From Macrostomum lignano (lineage: Eukaryota): 64,000 bases of DNA. Below are positions 1 to 13,754 of this stretch, piece after piece (position 1 is the first letter of the stretch; each line of letters starts with the position of its first letter). Below the pieces are notes generated by a model. It worked only from the letters and a program-made list of their open reading frames with translations, did no database searches and was not told the origin of the DNA. The DNA lies in contig NIVC01002259.1 in NCBI GenBank assembly GCA_002269645.1, positions 124,988 through 188,987 on the forward strand. The letters are read 5' to 3'. The position numbers and the translations under genes were made by a program.

Positions 1-1639
1 GTTAACATACACTTTTTGAGCCGACTTGCTGATCCCGAACGAAGAGGAGATCGGGATGGAATCTCTCGGCATTTACTGACTCAACAGTTACTGACTCCAG
101 TATAGGTTTGGTGCGGGGTTCCATTGTAGAGCCCTAAATTGGCATCGTTTTTGTAGGTCAGAGTTATAAAAACAAAACTGCTGCCACCTCAATGCGCTCA
201 GAGGAAGTTTAATTCCGTTTGTTAAACTGCATCCAATCTAAATTGGCGTCAAAAGGGACGCAACTGTTAAACAATCTTTAAACAGCCTATTAACTACCCT
301 AAAACCTTAACTACCTTGAGAATCGGATCTGGTCAATAGAATCGCGTCAGGGCAACCTTGCGGCCCTTGAATGATGTCGATTTGTTTGAATTAAACAAAT
401 GCAATCTTTTGCCAACAAGAAAATGTCTATTGATAAGAATTCTTTTATCCAGCAGACTAAGCTGCTCTGTCAGTCAAGTTCCTAGAAATTTCCGGAGTCC
501 TTCTGCGCGTGCCAGAATGCGAGATTTGCCTTTCAGAGCGCAGAGTAAAAACACCAAAAAAGTGTAGACTTTGGGGCCTATATCGATATTCTGCAGTCTA
601 AATTTAGAGCCATCTTCGTGCAAAACATATTTGCAATTTTTTATCAATGATGACGTTAAGGCTCGTACAGCTAGGGTCGTGGTTTGATTCAGCCTGTTTT
701 CAAAGAATTTAGGGTCCTGTTTTTACAGTTCTGTTCAATGATCATTATTTCAAAACAGGCATTGTTGTCGTGAAAAATTGGTGTCCATGAGTTTTCAAAA
801 AAAATATTTTTTTCACTTTTTGTATAAAATTGTTCATTGTTGCAACAAGCAGTCTTTAGCGTACCAAAATGATTTCCCTAGGAAAGTCTAAAAATGACAT
901 GAAATTCTATGAAAAAAAAATCTGAAGAAAAACCGGAAACAAGAAGATCGTACTAAAAAATGGGAAGAAGAGATGCTGCGATATCTTGGGAGCGAAGACA
1001 ATTTTATATTCAACAAGATTGCTGGCTGCCAGGCGTGATGGGATCAATCTGGACCCCGACTCTCCACCGTACGGTTCCGGAAACGCCGATTCTCCACGTT
1101 CAAGCGGAAGTCAATGCTGGCAGCTCACACCATCGACTGTAAAGAAGCTGCAACCGAAACGTCGAATGGATGGATGAGGGAGCAACACATTTTGCAGATA
1201 GTGCACACAGGTTATTCCCTTCGCGTTGACGATAGAGAATCGCAGAATGTCGGAACTCCATCCAGACTGACTTTAATCGTGTACTTGATTATTGGGAAGC
1301 GACATTTCAGTTGCCCAAAGGCATTCTCAACCACTGCCCTGCCCCGTGGAAATAAATCTCTTCAGGTGAGGCCGGACCCGATATTGACCCGAGTTTCGCT
1401 TATTTTCTGAGTTTTTAGTTAGAGAACTATCAAACTAATGCAAGAAGCAAAAATTATCCATGCAATTCCATTAAAAGCACATTTTCTTGAGAACTGATTA
1501 CTTCTTCGGTTTTATAGATCACCTTATTCGAGTAAAATTGTCATGGACAAAGATGTTTGCTATGAATATCTTTTTTCTAAAAGCAACAAAAGTACACAAC
1601 AAAATAAAGCCTTCACAAAGATAATTGGCATTCCACCCA

Positions 1640-1865
1640 AGTCGAAAGCATCCCCTAGATAGCAAGCATCCCCCAGAAAGCAAGCATCCCCCAGATAGCA
1701 AGCATCCCCCAGATAGCAAGCATCCCCCAGACAGCAAGCATCCCCCAGATAGCAAGCATCCCCCAGACAGCAAGCATCCCCCAGATAGCAAGCATCCCCC
1801 AGATAGCAAGCATCCCCCGATACCCGATAGCAAACAACCCCAGATAGCAAGCATCCCTGGATAGC
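1640..1865. repeat. 18-bp minisatellite (GATAGCAAGCATCCCCCA)n
   Basis: About 12 near-identical units read directly; explains the periodic ORFs 1519-1971, 1560-1850 and 1625-1864. Confidence 0.95.
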
Positions 1866-2624
1866 TAACTTTCTTAGAGTTTTTTCTCAAGAGTTGATAC
1901 TGCTTTAATTCATATTGACTCGAGATTTTCGATGAGTTTGAGCAACTGCTTACTCTATTCATACGTCCCATAATGCATTCGATACCCGCGACATTAGGAC
2001 TTGTCTTTATCTGAGAATCTTATGTATAGCGCTTTCCTGTATTCTGACATAATTTATCTATATCTGTGTTAATTATATCTATTTAATGTCTACGGCCCGA
2101 GGTGTATTGCAGATTGTTTCATTTCATTATAAATTTGATTTATTTGCTAAAAAACCGCTCTGTTTCTGGAAAAATTGCTCCGATCCACACGATAATTGGT
2201 TGCTTTCCTTAGAACAGATGTTAAGATTTCTTAGAAAATCATTTTTGGTTCATAATGGCTTCTTTATGCCTGATTTTTATGAACATTTTCGGGAGACTGA
2301 TGATCCAAATCTTTTAAAGTATTTCCAATTTTTTCGGCTCAACTGACGGCTCAACCAATTCCCAAATGAGGCACTCTGCCAGCTCATTGGAAGGGTTGGT
2401 CTGTTCCCATTCTAAGAGCAAGCCCCACCCCCACCCCCCAATCCAATGGTTGTCAAGCAAATCCGGAGCGGACAAAAAGGCGCAGCTCGACTGGCGATTC
2501 GAACTTCGCTTCGCAAATTGAATCGAATCTCAGCCGCAATTCGGCACCAGTTCCGCTCCGACTCTCGCAGACTACAGACGCTTGCAGCGGCGGGAGTTCC
2601 TCACACACAAAAGGCGACTCGGCA

Positions 2625-4627
<2,003 letters not shown>

Positions 4628-5794
4628 GCTACTGAGAGACGGAGAGGTCCGATATCGATATTATCAGTTCACCGCCCTGTCTCACCAAGCAATTCTTTGT
4701 TTCTTTAGACTTTCTCTGCATGTCAGCGAAGGAAGAACGAACCGCTCTCAAACTTTTTCTGTCGGCCCAGTCCCGTGAAAGCTGATGAAATAAATAAATA
4801 ACCCGAATTTCTAGTAGCAACACGGGCTGCAAGAGACTGCAATTTGGCAAACGATTCAATTTAAGCAAGTTTTCTTTTTTAATACGTTTTTGAATTCTCG
4901 CATTTTAACAAAGTTTGTAGAGTAGAACTAGTATTGCAAAAAATTACAATAAAAGTTATCCGTCAACAAAAAGTATATTAAAAAATATAAAAAATTGGTT
5001 AAGGCATTCAAAAAAAACAAAAAATAGTATAACAAAAGTATGACGTCATCCAGAAAGAAAACCGTTTTTTCAATAGTTTTTTAACTAACGAATGCATTTA
5101 AACAAAATAAAGAATAACATAACAAAAGTATGATGTCATCAAGAAAAATATTTGGACATTGTAAATTTGGAGATTTTTTAAATTGATGCATTTAAAAAAG
5201 AAATAATAACATAACAAAAGTATGACGTCATCGAGAAGAATATTGGAGATTTTAGACATTTGGGCGGGGCTTATTTGATAAATATCCCAAGAGAGAGGGA
5301 TTCAATTCCCATCTATAGCCATCCGATAGACCCCTGCTACAGTAACACTAGAGCTGGGGACCATTGAATTTCTAGGAAATGTTTGGAAAAGCCTCCCATT
5401 TGAGTAAATTTGTTACAGAGATCTTATTTTCGCCCGGGACTCGAACCCACCAACCCCACCTCCTCGGGATCAGGTGTCCCGGGGACGCCAAATTCGCATC
5501 GATACTAAAATGCAGCTCGGCTCCGGTTTCCAGGAATGTTCAATATTTTAGCTGGCTTTTACAATGCTTTTTAATGCCTGTTTTGCTTCATCAATGAGGA
5601 TTTTGTGCTTCGATACCTCTCAGTATTCGAATATTGCCCCCCGAGATAATTTGGCTCAAATTTTTCTGTGCCAACGCACTGCCGTGAGTTATTTTCAGCA
5701 AAATATCAGTATTGAAAATAAGCCAATACTTCATTTTGTGACCTTGTGAGCAGCGGAAGGAGTTTCAGGTTTTGCCGTTATGCCGGCCTTGTAT

Positions 5795-6135
5795 CGGTCC
5801 GCAATGTCAGTACTTCGTCGCCGCGGACTTGCCTGGACGGCCTTCCGGTCCGCGTTGTTCCAGGGTGGCGTTATTCCAGGCGGTGATCGAGACCCCTGAG
5901 ACCTGGACACTGACGGACTCGCTCAAACAGCAGGTCGATGCGGCGCACTTTGGCCTGCAGTGCGCCGCCTTCAAGATCGGCTACGAGCGAGTCACCAATG
6001 CGGCACTCTATCGCCGCACCGGCCTGTCCCATCCCAGCGAACTGTTGCGCCGTCGGGGACTCCAGCTGGCAGGCCTGATCATCCGAGCTGAGTCCCCTGC
6101 CGCAACGGGTGCTGGTGCCTTGAAACGCGCCCTGT
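5795..6135 (+). mobile_element. Degenerate 3' fragment of an RTE-type non-LTR retrotransposon (C-terminal end of the RT ORF)
   Basis: RRRGLAWTAFRSAL ... LFQAVIE..ETWTLTDSLKQQVDA ... ERVTNAALYRRTGLSHPSELLRRRGLQLAGLIIR matches the conserved RT C-terminal region of RTE-clade LINEs; frameshifted and internally deleted. Confidence 0.8.
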
Positions 6136-6184
6136 GACGTTGTACTTGCCTCTTCTGACTCGCATGGCTGGCTCACAACGTATT

Positions 6185-6722
6185 TTGTTGTTGTGTCGGT
6201 GTTGTCATGTCGGTGTTGTTGTGTCGTTGTTGTGATGTTATTTTGTCATGTCGGTGTTGTCATGTTGGTGTTGTTGTGTCGGTGTTGTCATGTCGATGTT
6301 GTTGTATCGGTGTTGTCATGTCGGTGTTGTTGTATCGGTGTTGTCATGTCGGTGTTGTTGTGTTGGTGTTGTCATGTCGGTGTCGTTGTGTCGCTGTTGT
6401 TAGGTCGGTGTTGTCATGTTGGTGTTGTTGTGTCGGTTTTGTTGTGTCGCTGTTGTCATGTTGGTGTTGTTGTGTCGGTTTTGTTGTGTCGCTGTTGTTA
6501 GGTAGGTGTTGTCATGTTGGTGTTGTTGTGTCGGTTTTGTTGTGTCGCTGTTGTTAGGTCGGCCTTGTCATGTCGGTGTCGTTGTGTCACTGTTGTTAGG
6601 TCGGTGTTGTCATGTCGGTGTTGTCTTGTCAGTGTTGTGTCGGTGTTGTTGTGTCGGAGTTGTGATGTCGTTTTTGTTATGTCGGTGTTGTTAGGTCAGT
6701 GCTGTCATGTCGGTTTTGTTTT
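6185..6722. repeat. TG-rich degenerate tandem repeat (TGTTGTCATGTCGG-like)
   Basis: Direct reading, directly downstream of the RTE fragment. Confidence 0.9.
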
Positions 6723-7371
6723 GTTCGTTTTGACTCTCTAAACTGAGAGAAAATGTCCTGTTTAATTTGTGAAACCGCGCAGCAAGCAGGCAGTGGTGGG
6801 GCAATGGGTTTAAAAGTCCCTGCATTATCGCTAATGAGATTTGGAATAAGCTGGTGCTGTATTGAGCCGCTAAAGACTTGATCATCTTTTTATGTGTTTT
6901 TTGCTTTCTTTAATACAGCAGAAAGCAGATGGGGTGCTCCCCGTTTTAATCAGCTGAGGAGACCTGTTGTCTCGGTGTAATTATCGTCTTATTTATAAGC
7001 CACCTTGCCTACTCGTAATCTACGAGCTAGTAGCTGATGTGCATATTGCTGGAATAATTTAAATTAGGAATGTTTGATTCATATTGCTCCAGCTTTTGTT
7101 CGCAGCGGAACATCCGCGATCATCCAGTAGGGCGGGCAAACTCATATTTGATTTTAAAGACCAAAAAAAAGAAGAAACTTGAAGTAAAGATTACCCATCT
7201 GTACTTAGTACCCTGAAAAGGAATTTATAATAGCACACGTGCACAGGTACATAACTCTTTGCGGTTAAAACTTGATAATTCGACGTAAAAGAGCATGTGA
7301 GTTAGTTGGAAAATAAAAGCAGCTAATCTTTTCGCGTCTCGTATATTTAGATGAATATGGTATTAAACAGT

Positions 7372-8866
7372 TCAGTTTGCAGCCTGCGCCAACTTGTTCT
7401 GGGATGCCACAGGAAAGCTGACGTTGCAGTGCGAACCGCCGTTGAGCTCTGGGACGCTGAGCTGATGAAGGCAGAGACGGGAGTAAAATTGTGAACTAGA
7501 ACTCAGAGCACTCATAAACTCATGAACTCACTCATGAAGTAACTGATTAACTCACTCACGAACTAACTCACTCACGAACTAACTCACTCACGAACTAACT
7601 CACTCATGAACTCACTCATGAAGTAACTGATTAACTCACTCACTCACTCACTCACTCACTCACGAACTAACTCACTCACGAACTAACTCACTCACGAACT
7701 AACTCACTCACGAACTAACTCACTCATGAACTCACTCATGAAGTAACTGATTAACTCACTCACTCACTCACTCACTCACTCACGAACTAACTCACTCATG
7801 AACTCACTCATGAAGTAACTGATTAACTCACTCACTCACTCACTCACTCACGAACTAACTCACTCATGAACTCACTCGTGAACTAATTCATGAAATTACT
7901 TATGAACTCACTCATGAACTCAATCATGAACTCACTCACTCATGAACTCACTCATGAACTCACTCATGAACTCACTCATGAACTCACTCACTCACTCACC
8001 CCTCATGAACTCACTCATGAACTCACTCATGAACTCACTCATAAACTAACTCACTCATGAAGTAACTCACTCATGAACTCACTCATGAACTCACTCACTC
8101 ATGAACCCACTCATGACTTCAATCATAAACTCACTCATGAACTCACTCATGAACCCACTCATGATTTCAATAATAAACTCACTCATGAACTCACTCATGA
8201 ACTCACTCATGAACTCACTCATGAACTCACTCATGAACTAACTCACTCATGAACTCACTCATGAACTCACTCATGACTTCAATCATGAACTCACTCATGA
8301 ACTCACTCATGAACTCACTCATGAACTCACTCATGAACTCACTCATGAACTCACTCATGAACTCACTCATGAACTTACTCACCCGGTCAGACGAAGCAGA
8401 TCGATTCACTTCGCCGAAGGAGGCGGCCAGCCGCCCAGTGGGCCGTCGGTGCCGGCAGACGCTCGGCCGAGAGGTCGCGACCTGCAGAGGCTGCGGCCAG
8501 CCAAGGTGCGGAGAGGCACTCGCAGTCCGGTGCGGGCACCAGCCAGTAGGTCGGCCGAGTCCAAGTCCAGATTGCCCGTGCGCAGCTGTACCGGCAGCTG
8601 CTGGGTCAGCCGCGGCATCAGCGGCAGAGGCGAGTGCAGCAGCAGGCTCAGCCCTGGGCCGCCCGGTACGCAGTCAGCTGATGAAGGATGGAGCTGTCTC
8701 TGAGCTTTGACCACGCATGCCCCGATGTAGCATTCAGATTCATGCCTACGTCCGATGATTCCTGATCATCCCCACGAGCTGATGAAACGCTACCGACGCA
8801 TCCCGCAGTCTTGCTGCGGAAGCTACGTGCCTTGGATTTAAATGTTCTCAAAAGTGAAGAGTTCAT
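7372..8866 (-). CDS. Possible unidentified gene: GC-rich exon ending at 8383 plus terminal exon 7461-7372
   Basis: Minus-strand donor CGG|GTGAGTAA at 8382; acceptor TTCATCAG at 7462 followed by LSVPELNGGSHCNVSFPVASQNKLAQAAN*. The region 8383-8870 is GC-rich and coding-like, but no single frame is open throughout and no domain was recognised. Confidence 0.35.
7510..8376. repeat. 12-bp minisatellite (AACTCACTCATG)n with (CTCA)n stretches
   Basis: Direct reading. Confidence 0.97.
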
Positions 8867-9792
8867 TAGTAAAACTGATTGATGATTTTATGCAAAACTT
8901 AATAGTATGATTCTATTATTTATATAGTAGCACAAGTACTAAAGAATGTCCGCCCCAAATTTTATGCAAGTCTGGGCAGTATTGTATTGTAGTTGCAAGC
9001 CGTGCACTATCTCTTTACATGTAGTTTTCGAAAGTTCAGAGCACCTGGCTCTGGCGAAACAGCTGAATACCTCACCAGTCTGCCAGGAACGTGATTTAAG
9101 TTTGAGCAAACTGGTCGTTGCCGAGGCTTCAAGGAGAGGAGGCCGGTATAAACGTTATACCGGGCACAACGTTCGACCTACTATCATTTTTGAGTTGCAT
9201 GAAGCTGGCTTTGCTTCATTTAATCATTTTGCACGCTGATTGCAAGTTGTCTAAGGCAAAGATTCTCATTATCTTGTCTCACTTGTTGGCTAGACCATAT
9301 TACAATGCCATAGACACTCGTGCGCGTACTCGGGCAGTATTGTAGTTGCAAGCCGTGCACTATCGCTCCATTACATGTAGTTTGCTACGGAATACTTTAA
9401 GACACTCAATTGTCCGAGCGTATAGTTAGTGCGGACAATTGAGATTCACTCGATTTCCAGTCTCCAGTTAGAGAACTTTTTTTCTTAGAAAGTTGACTAG
9501 AAGATCTTCGGTTAACCGGTACTTCATCACTTATTGAAATTTAATTAAACTAGAAATTAAATGTTTAAACGAATTACAAATCTGCTTTTTAATTAGAATT
9601 TCACAGAAGTCGCATCAGGTAAGCAGAGCTTTCATGCTTTCTATTTGATTCAGTTTTTGTACAAACATTCTGCAGATAACTGCAAACAGCAAGTTGATGC
9701 AAATAGAATAGAAAGAGCATTATAAAATACAGAAAACTAAATGCTATACTTGGAGTATTTTAAGCATTCTCAAAACTTCGTCCACTGGCAGA

Positions 9793-9927
9793 TAGATTAG
9801 CAATCCACAGTTGCACACAGATTAGCAATCCACAGTTGCACACAGATTAGCAATCCACAGTCGCACACAGATTAGCAATCCACAGTTGCACACAGATTAG
9901 CAATCCACAGTTGCACACAGATTAGCA
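9793..9927. repeat. 25-bp tandem repeat (AGATTAGCAATCCACAGTTGCACAC)x5 just 3' of the GPKOW stop codon
   Basis: Direct reading. Confidence 0.95.
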
Positions 9928-9940
9928 GTCCCGCAGCCAG

Positions 9941-12294
9941 TCAGCCGGACACCGGAGGCCGATACTCGCACACGTCATCCATGGACAGCTTGACGATGTC
10001 GCCGGAGTCGCGCAGCCGCACCCGGACGAGGCCCCGGCGGCGAAGGCCGTCGTCGCGGTCCGCATCGTCGGCGGTGCGGCCGAGCTTGCCGGCCAAGGTG
10101 CCGCGCACCACCACAACGCGCACATCTCGCCGACGGGGCACCGCAGTCTCCAGTTCGCCGACTGACATTTCAACAGCTGGCTTGGCGTCGTTGTCGCCAT
10201 CGTCGACGCATCGACCAGCGGCGCCGTCGCGCAGTTCGTCGAGCACGCGCAGCCGACGGCCGTAGAGCCGGTGGCCGGTGGCGCAGACCTTCACCAGGCA
10301 CCCGGTCCGCAGCCAGCCACGCCGGGACTGCTCGGCTCTGTACTGGTTGACCCTGGCCGCGTTCATCACCCGGCTGTCCTTGTCGAACTGTCTCTGGCCG
10401 ATGAGTTCCAGCGCGGCCAGCGGGTAGGACTTGACCCGGCCGGACAGCTGCGCCACGGCCACCAGCCAGCGGCTCGCGTCCGAGTCGGCCGAGACCAGCG
10501 TGCCGCAGTGGCCGGCGTCTCGGCCAGCCGTGACTCGGCACCGGGTGCCCGGCTTCCACTGCAGATCGGCGGCGGCGGCATCGTCGGCGCCGGCTGATGA
10601 CGCCAGAGCGGCCGCCTGGCGCCTGCGAGAGTTAATGAGAGAGCCGGATGTTAGCTGTGCGCCAGGGGTGACAATCTAGCGCCATATTTAGCGCCAGAGG
10701 TGAGATTCTAGCGCCATATGTGAAATTCTAGCGCCATATTTAGCGCCGCAGGTGAGATTCTAGCGCCATATTTAGCGCCAGAGGTGAGATTCTATTCTAG
10801 CGCCATATTTAGCACCACAGGTGAGATTCTAGCGCCATATTTAGCGCCGCAGGTGAGATACTAGCGCCATATTTAGCGCCAGAGGTGAAATTCTAGCGCC
10901 ATATTTAGCGCCGCTGGTGAGATTCTAGCGCCATATTTAGCACCGCAGGTGAGATTCTAGCGCCATATTTAGTGCCAGAGGTGAAATTCTAGCGCCATAT
11001 TTAGCGCCGCAAGTGAGATAATTTTCAAGGAACTTGACACTATTAATAATTGATTTCACCTGCCCTAATTGGGCCAGATGTGCAACCGACAGCTCAGCGG
11101 CAGCTATTGCGCGGCGCATCTGAAGGCTGCGTACGGCTGTTCAGTCCAAGGACTGGGGTCGCCACACACACCCTTAATTACCCCAGCTACTGCTGGCACC
11201 CATTTACAGCTGGGTGAACTGAAGCAATGCAGAGTTAAGTGTCTTGCTCAAGGATACAACATTTTTTCCAGTGGGATCGGGAATCGAACCCCCGACCTTA
11301 AGTCATGAGTTCGACGCTCTTACCACTAGGCTACAACCCTAGGCTGACACTACTAGTATCAGAAAGTGGCTACTCAAATCTACATCTTAGCATTTAATCC
11401 AAAAGACAGTCTGTGCCTTGGCGGGCTGGCCCTCACGGCTGGGGGGGGGCAACCCCCCAGGGAAATTTTCGTGCACACAAGCGCGGCCGGGAATCGAACT
11501 CGGGAGACGCGTTAACCACCGAGCTGCTCTGCACCCAGCCGAAATTTGGGCGGCCTTCTATACAAATTCAAGCAAAACTTCGAGAGCTCAACCTACCCGC
11601 TAGCATCCGCCGAGTCGGCTCCCAGTCCCAGGCCGCGCGGCCGCAGCCGCACCTCGCGCTGGCTGGCCTCCTTGGCCAGATCCTCGGCGGTGCCTTTGAA
11701 CCCCATGCCGCGCAGGGCCGCCAAGCCGAACGATTCCACAGCCACGGCGTTGTAGTCGGCGTCCTCCGGCTCTGCTTCAGCATCTTCTTCCCCTCCGGCC
11801 TGGTGGTCATTGTTCGAATCCTGCTGCTGATTGGTTTGCAGCGGCACCTCATCGACTGTTGAATTAGTTGACGAAGCGCCGATGGTGCCGCTTCCATTCT
11901 GGCACTCGGCCAAGATGGCCAGCACAGCCGGGCTTGCCTTGGTCAGCTGGTCCGCCTCCGACGCCTCCGCTGCCGCTGCAGCTTCAATCCGGCGCCTCTT
12001 TGCCGCCGCGGCCCAGTCCCGCTTGTCAGCCAGCAGGGGCACCACAGGCTCGGAGTCCAGGTCTGCGGCCGAGCCCGACGCCGCCTGACCATCCAGCCGT
12101 TCAACTTGGTCACCCTCGATGGCGGTGATGAGCTCGGCCACTGGCTGATTGGGCTGCTGGCGCCGGTTTTGCTCCTCAGCGACAAGAACCTCGGCAGCGG
12201 CTGCACCAGCCAGTCGGCCAGTTTTGGTTCTCTTGAAGCCAAATGCTACTTTGGTGGTGCTGGCGCCTGGCTGCTCAACAGGCTCCACTGACAT
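9941..12294 (-). CDS. GPKOW: G-patch and KOW motif protein (Spp2/MOS2 family splicing factor), 2 exons (12294-11597, 10622-9941), 459 aa
   Basis: N-terminal VAFGFKRT; Spp2-type G-patch YNAVAVESFGLAALRGMGF...RPRGLGLGA; KOW-like repeats (WKPGTRCRVTAG, WLRTGCLVKV, LETAVP..RVVVVRGTLAGKLG) and C-terminal DDVCEY. Donor GG|GTAGGT and acceptor CTCGCAG give consistent phase 2. Confidence 0.92.
10670..11020. repeat. 32-bp minisatellite (GTGAGATTCTAGCGCCATATTTAGCGCCGCAG)n in the GPKOW intron
   Basis: About 10 units read directly. Confidence 0.93.
11066..11340 (-). mobile_element. tRNA-derived SINE, family A, copy 1
   Basis: Reverse complement begins AGGGTTGTAGCCTAGTGGTAAGAGCG...GGTTCGATTCCCG (A and B boxes), then GACACTTAACTCTGCATTGCTTCAGTTCACCCAGCTGTAAATGGGTGCC; same body recurs at 29525 and 51355. 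Confidence 0.85.
11405..11560 (-). mobile_element. tRNA-derived SINE, family B (partial)
   Basis: Reverse complement AGCTCGGTGGTTAACGCG...GAGTTCGATTCCC (A/B boxes) followed by CTTGTGTGCACGAAAATTT, shared with 33400-33615. Confidence 0.55.
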
Positions 12295-12790
12295 TGTTGC
12301 TGCAGATTGTCTCTGTTGCCAATGAGTAACTTACTGTTGCTTTCTGCTCTTGCAGTTTGCCTCTGAAGGCTTTGTTTAAGAAAAATGATTAAAATAGCCA
12401 TTTGGGACTAGATTAGAAACTTAGCTTAGGTTTATTTATAATTAGTACCCTTAAAGGGCCAACCCCCCAAGGCATAGTGAAGTGTATATGCCTAACAAGG
12501 AATAAAATTAGGTCTACTATATATTTCTTAGTAGCTATATGCCTGTGTATGACTATATACATAGATATCTGCTCAAAAATGGCAATACCTCATGCTAATT
12601 ATGGACAATGTTATTTAAAGTATAATAAGATGCATCTAGCCTTTGACTAATCAAAATGATATATTGTTAATAGTTTACTATATAATCAACTAATATAACT
12701 TTGACTTTCTATTCTAGACCAAGCCATATAGCATATCCCAAGGCTTATTTATATTATCCTCAAATTATTGAGGTCTATCTACACCTTTTT

Positions 12791-12880
12791 GCATTCAATT
12801 TCAGCAATCTGCATTCAATTTCAGCAATCTGCATTCAATTTCAGCAATCTGCATTCAATTTCAGCAATCTGCATTCAATT
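12791..12880. repeat. 20-bp tandem repeat (TGCATTCAATTTCAGCAATC)x4.5
   Basis: Direct reading. Confidence 0.95.
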
Positions 12881-13754
12881 TAAATTTGAAATTTGAAAAA
12901 GCCGAGACCCAGGAATCTACCATAGTCGTCAATTTTTGCCAATTTTAGCATCAATTACGAGTATAATCGTTGATTGGCTTGTGATTCAGGGTTGGTTTTC
13001 GCTATTCTGTATTGGCTGACTGTTAGGTCATTCATACTGTCTAGGGTTGTCCCCCGTTTATATTTAACTCACTGGTATCAAAATAGAAAGCGTGGGGGGT
13101 AGCCTACTAACTGTCTAACTGATGATAAAAATGGCGCGCGCGAGCAACAATCAAAGGTAGAATGCTAAAAACGGCGCGCGCAAGCAACAATCGAAGGTAG
13201 AATGCTAACTCTTCAATTTATGGTTAGCTAGCTAAGCTAAGTTAGCTATTCTCCTGCTTGCGAGTTTTGATCATTTCGCGCATTTCACCCAGTCTCCGCT
13301 TCGTTTGATTGTTTCTACGTTTAATATTATAGTTCGAATTAGTTATGAGTATTGGTGATTTATCCGTTTAAAATCTGGAATCCTGGATTATGATAAACTG
13401 TGATTGATCTTGTGATTGAACTGGAATATAGTGCGCCGTGTTGATTTATACTTGATTGATTGACGCGTATTGGATTCATTCATCTGTTTATTGAAATATT
13501 TAAAATTGGCGCGTTCACATTTTCTTCTTCATTCTATGTCCATTTCAACTTTCAAATCCAACGCCTAATTAAATTCTTCAGTCTTTTTCTTTCCCCTGTA
13601 CTTTCAAACCACCCACCAAACCTCAACTCCGCGGTCGCTTACCCCCTCCACCGCTCACCACTCTGCCCCCAAAAGCTCCCACCCCCCATCCTCTCGCCCG
13701 CCTGGCCCCACTGCCCAACACTGTACTTTCATTGATCGATCGAAACCACTGTGA

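Noticed and set aside
1-130. Minus-strand peptide MEPRTKPILESV..ERFHPDLLFVRDQQV, reminiscent of a PD-(D/E)xK restriction-like endonuclease of R2/R4 LINEs
   Set aside because: Too short, followed by a stop, and no other LINE motifs nearby.
358-1410. Short ORFs in the first 1.4 kb
   Set aside because: AT-rich, with stops in every frame and no recognisable domain; may be decayed transposon sequence but cannot be supported.
5290-5500. B-box-like GGGTTCGAGTCCCGGG on the minus strand (possible third SINE)
   Set aside because: No clear A box, cloverleaf or second copy in the window.
10670-11020. Repeat unit containing CAG|GTGAG and TTCTAG splice-like signals
   Set aside because: The signals are on the plus strand, antisense to the host GPKOW intron; no plus-strand gene here.
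11265-11340. Apparent tRNA genes here and at 29525-29600
   Set aside because: Acceptor and anticodon stems do not pair properly and the heads continue into a shared repeat body, so these are SINE heads.
13108-13200. AAAATGGCG (YY1-like) motif in a 40-bp duplication upstream of GPKOW; also TTTCCCGC (E2F-like) at about 19365
   Set aside because: Short motifs with no TSS evidence; expected by chance.
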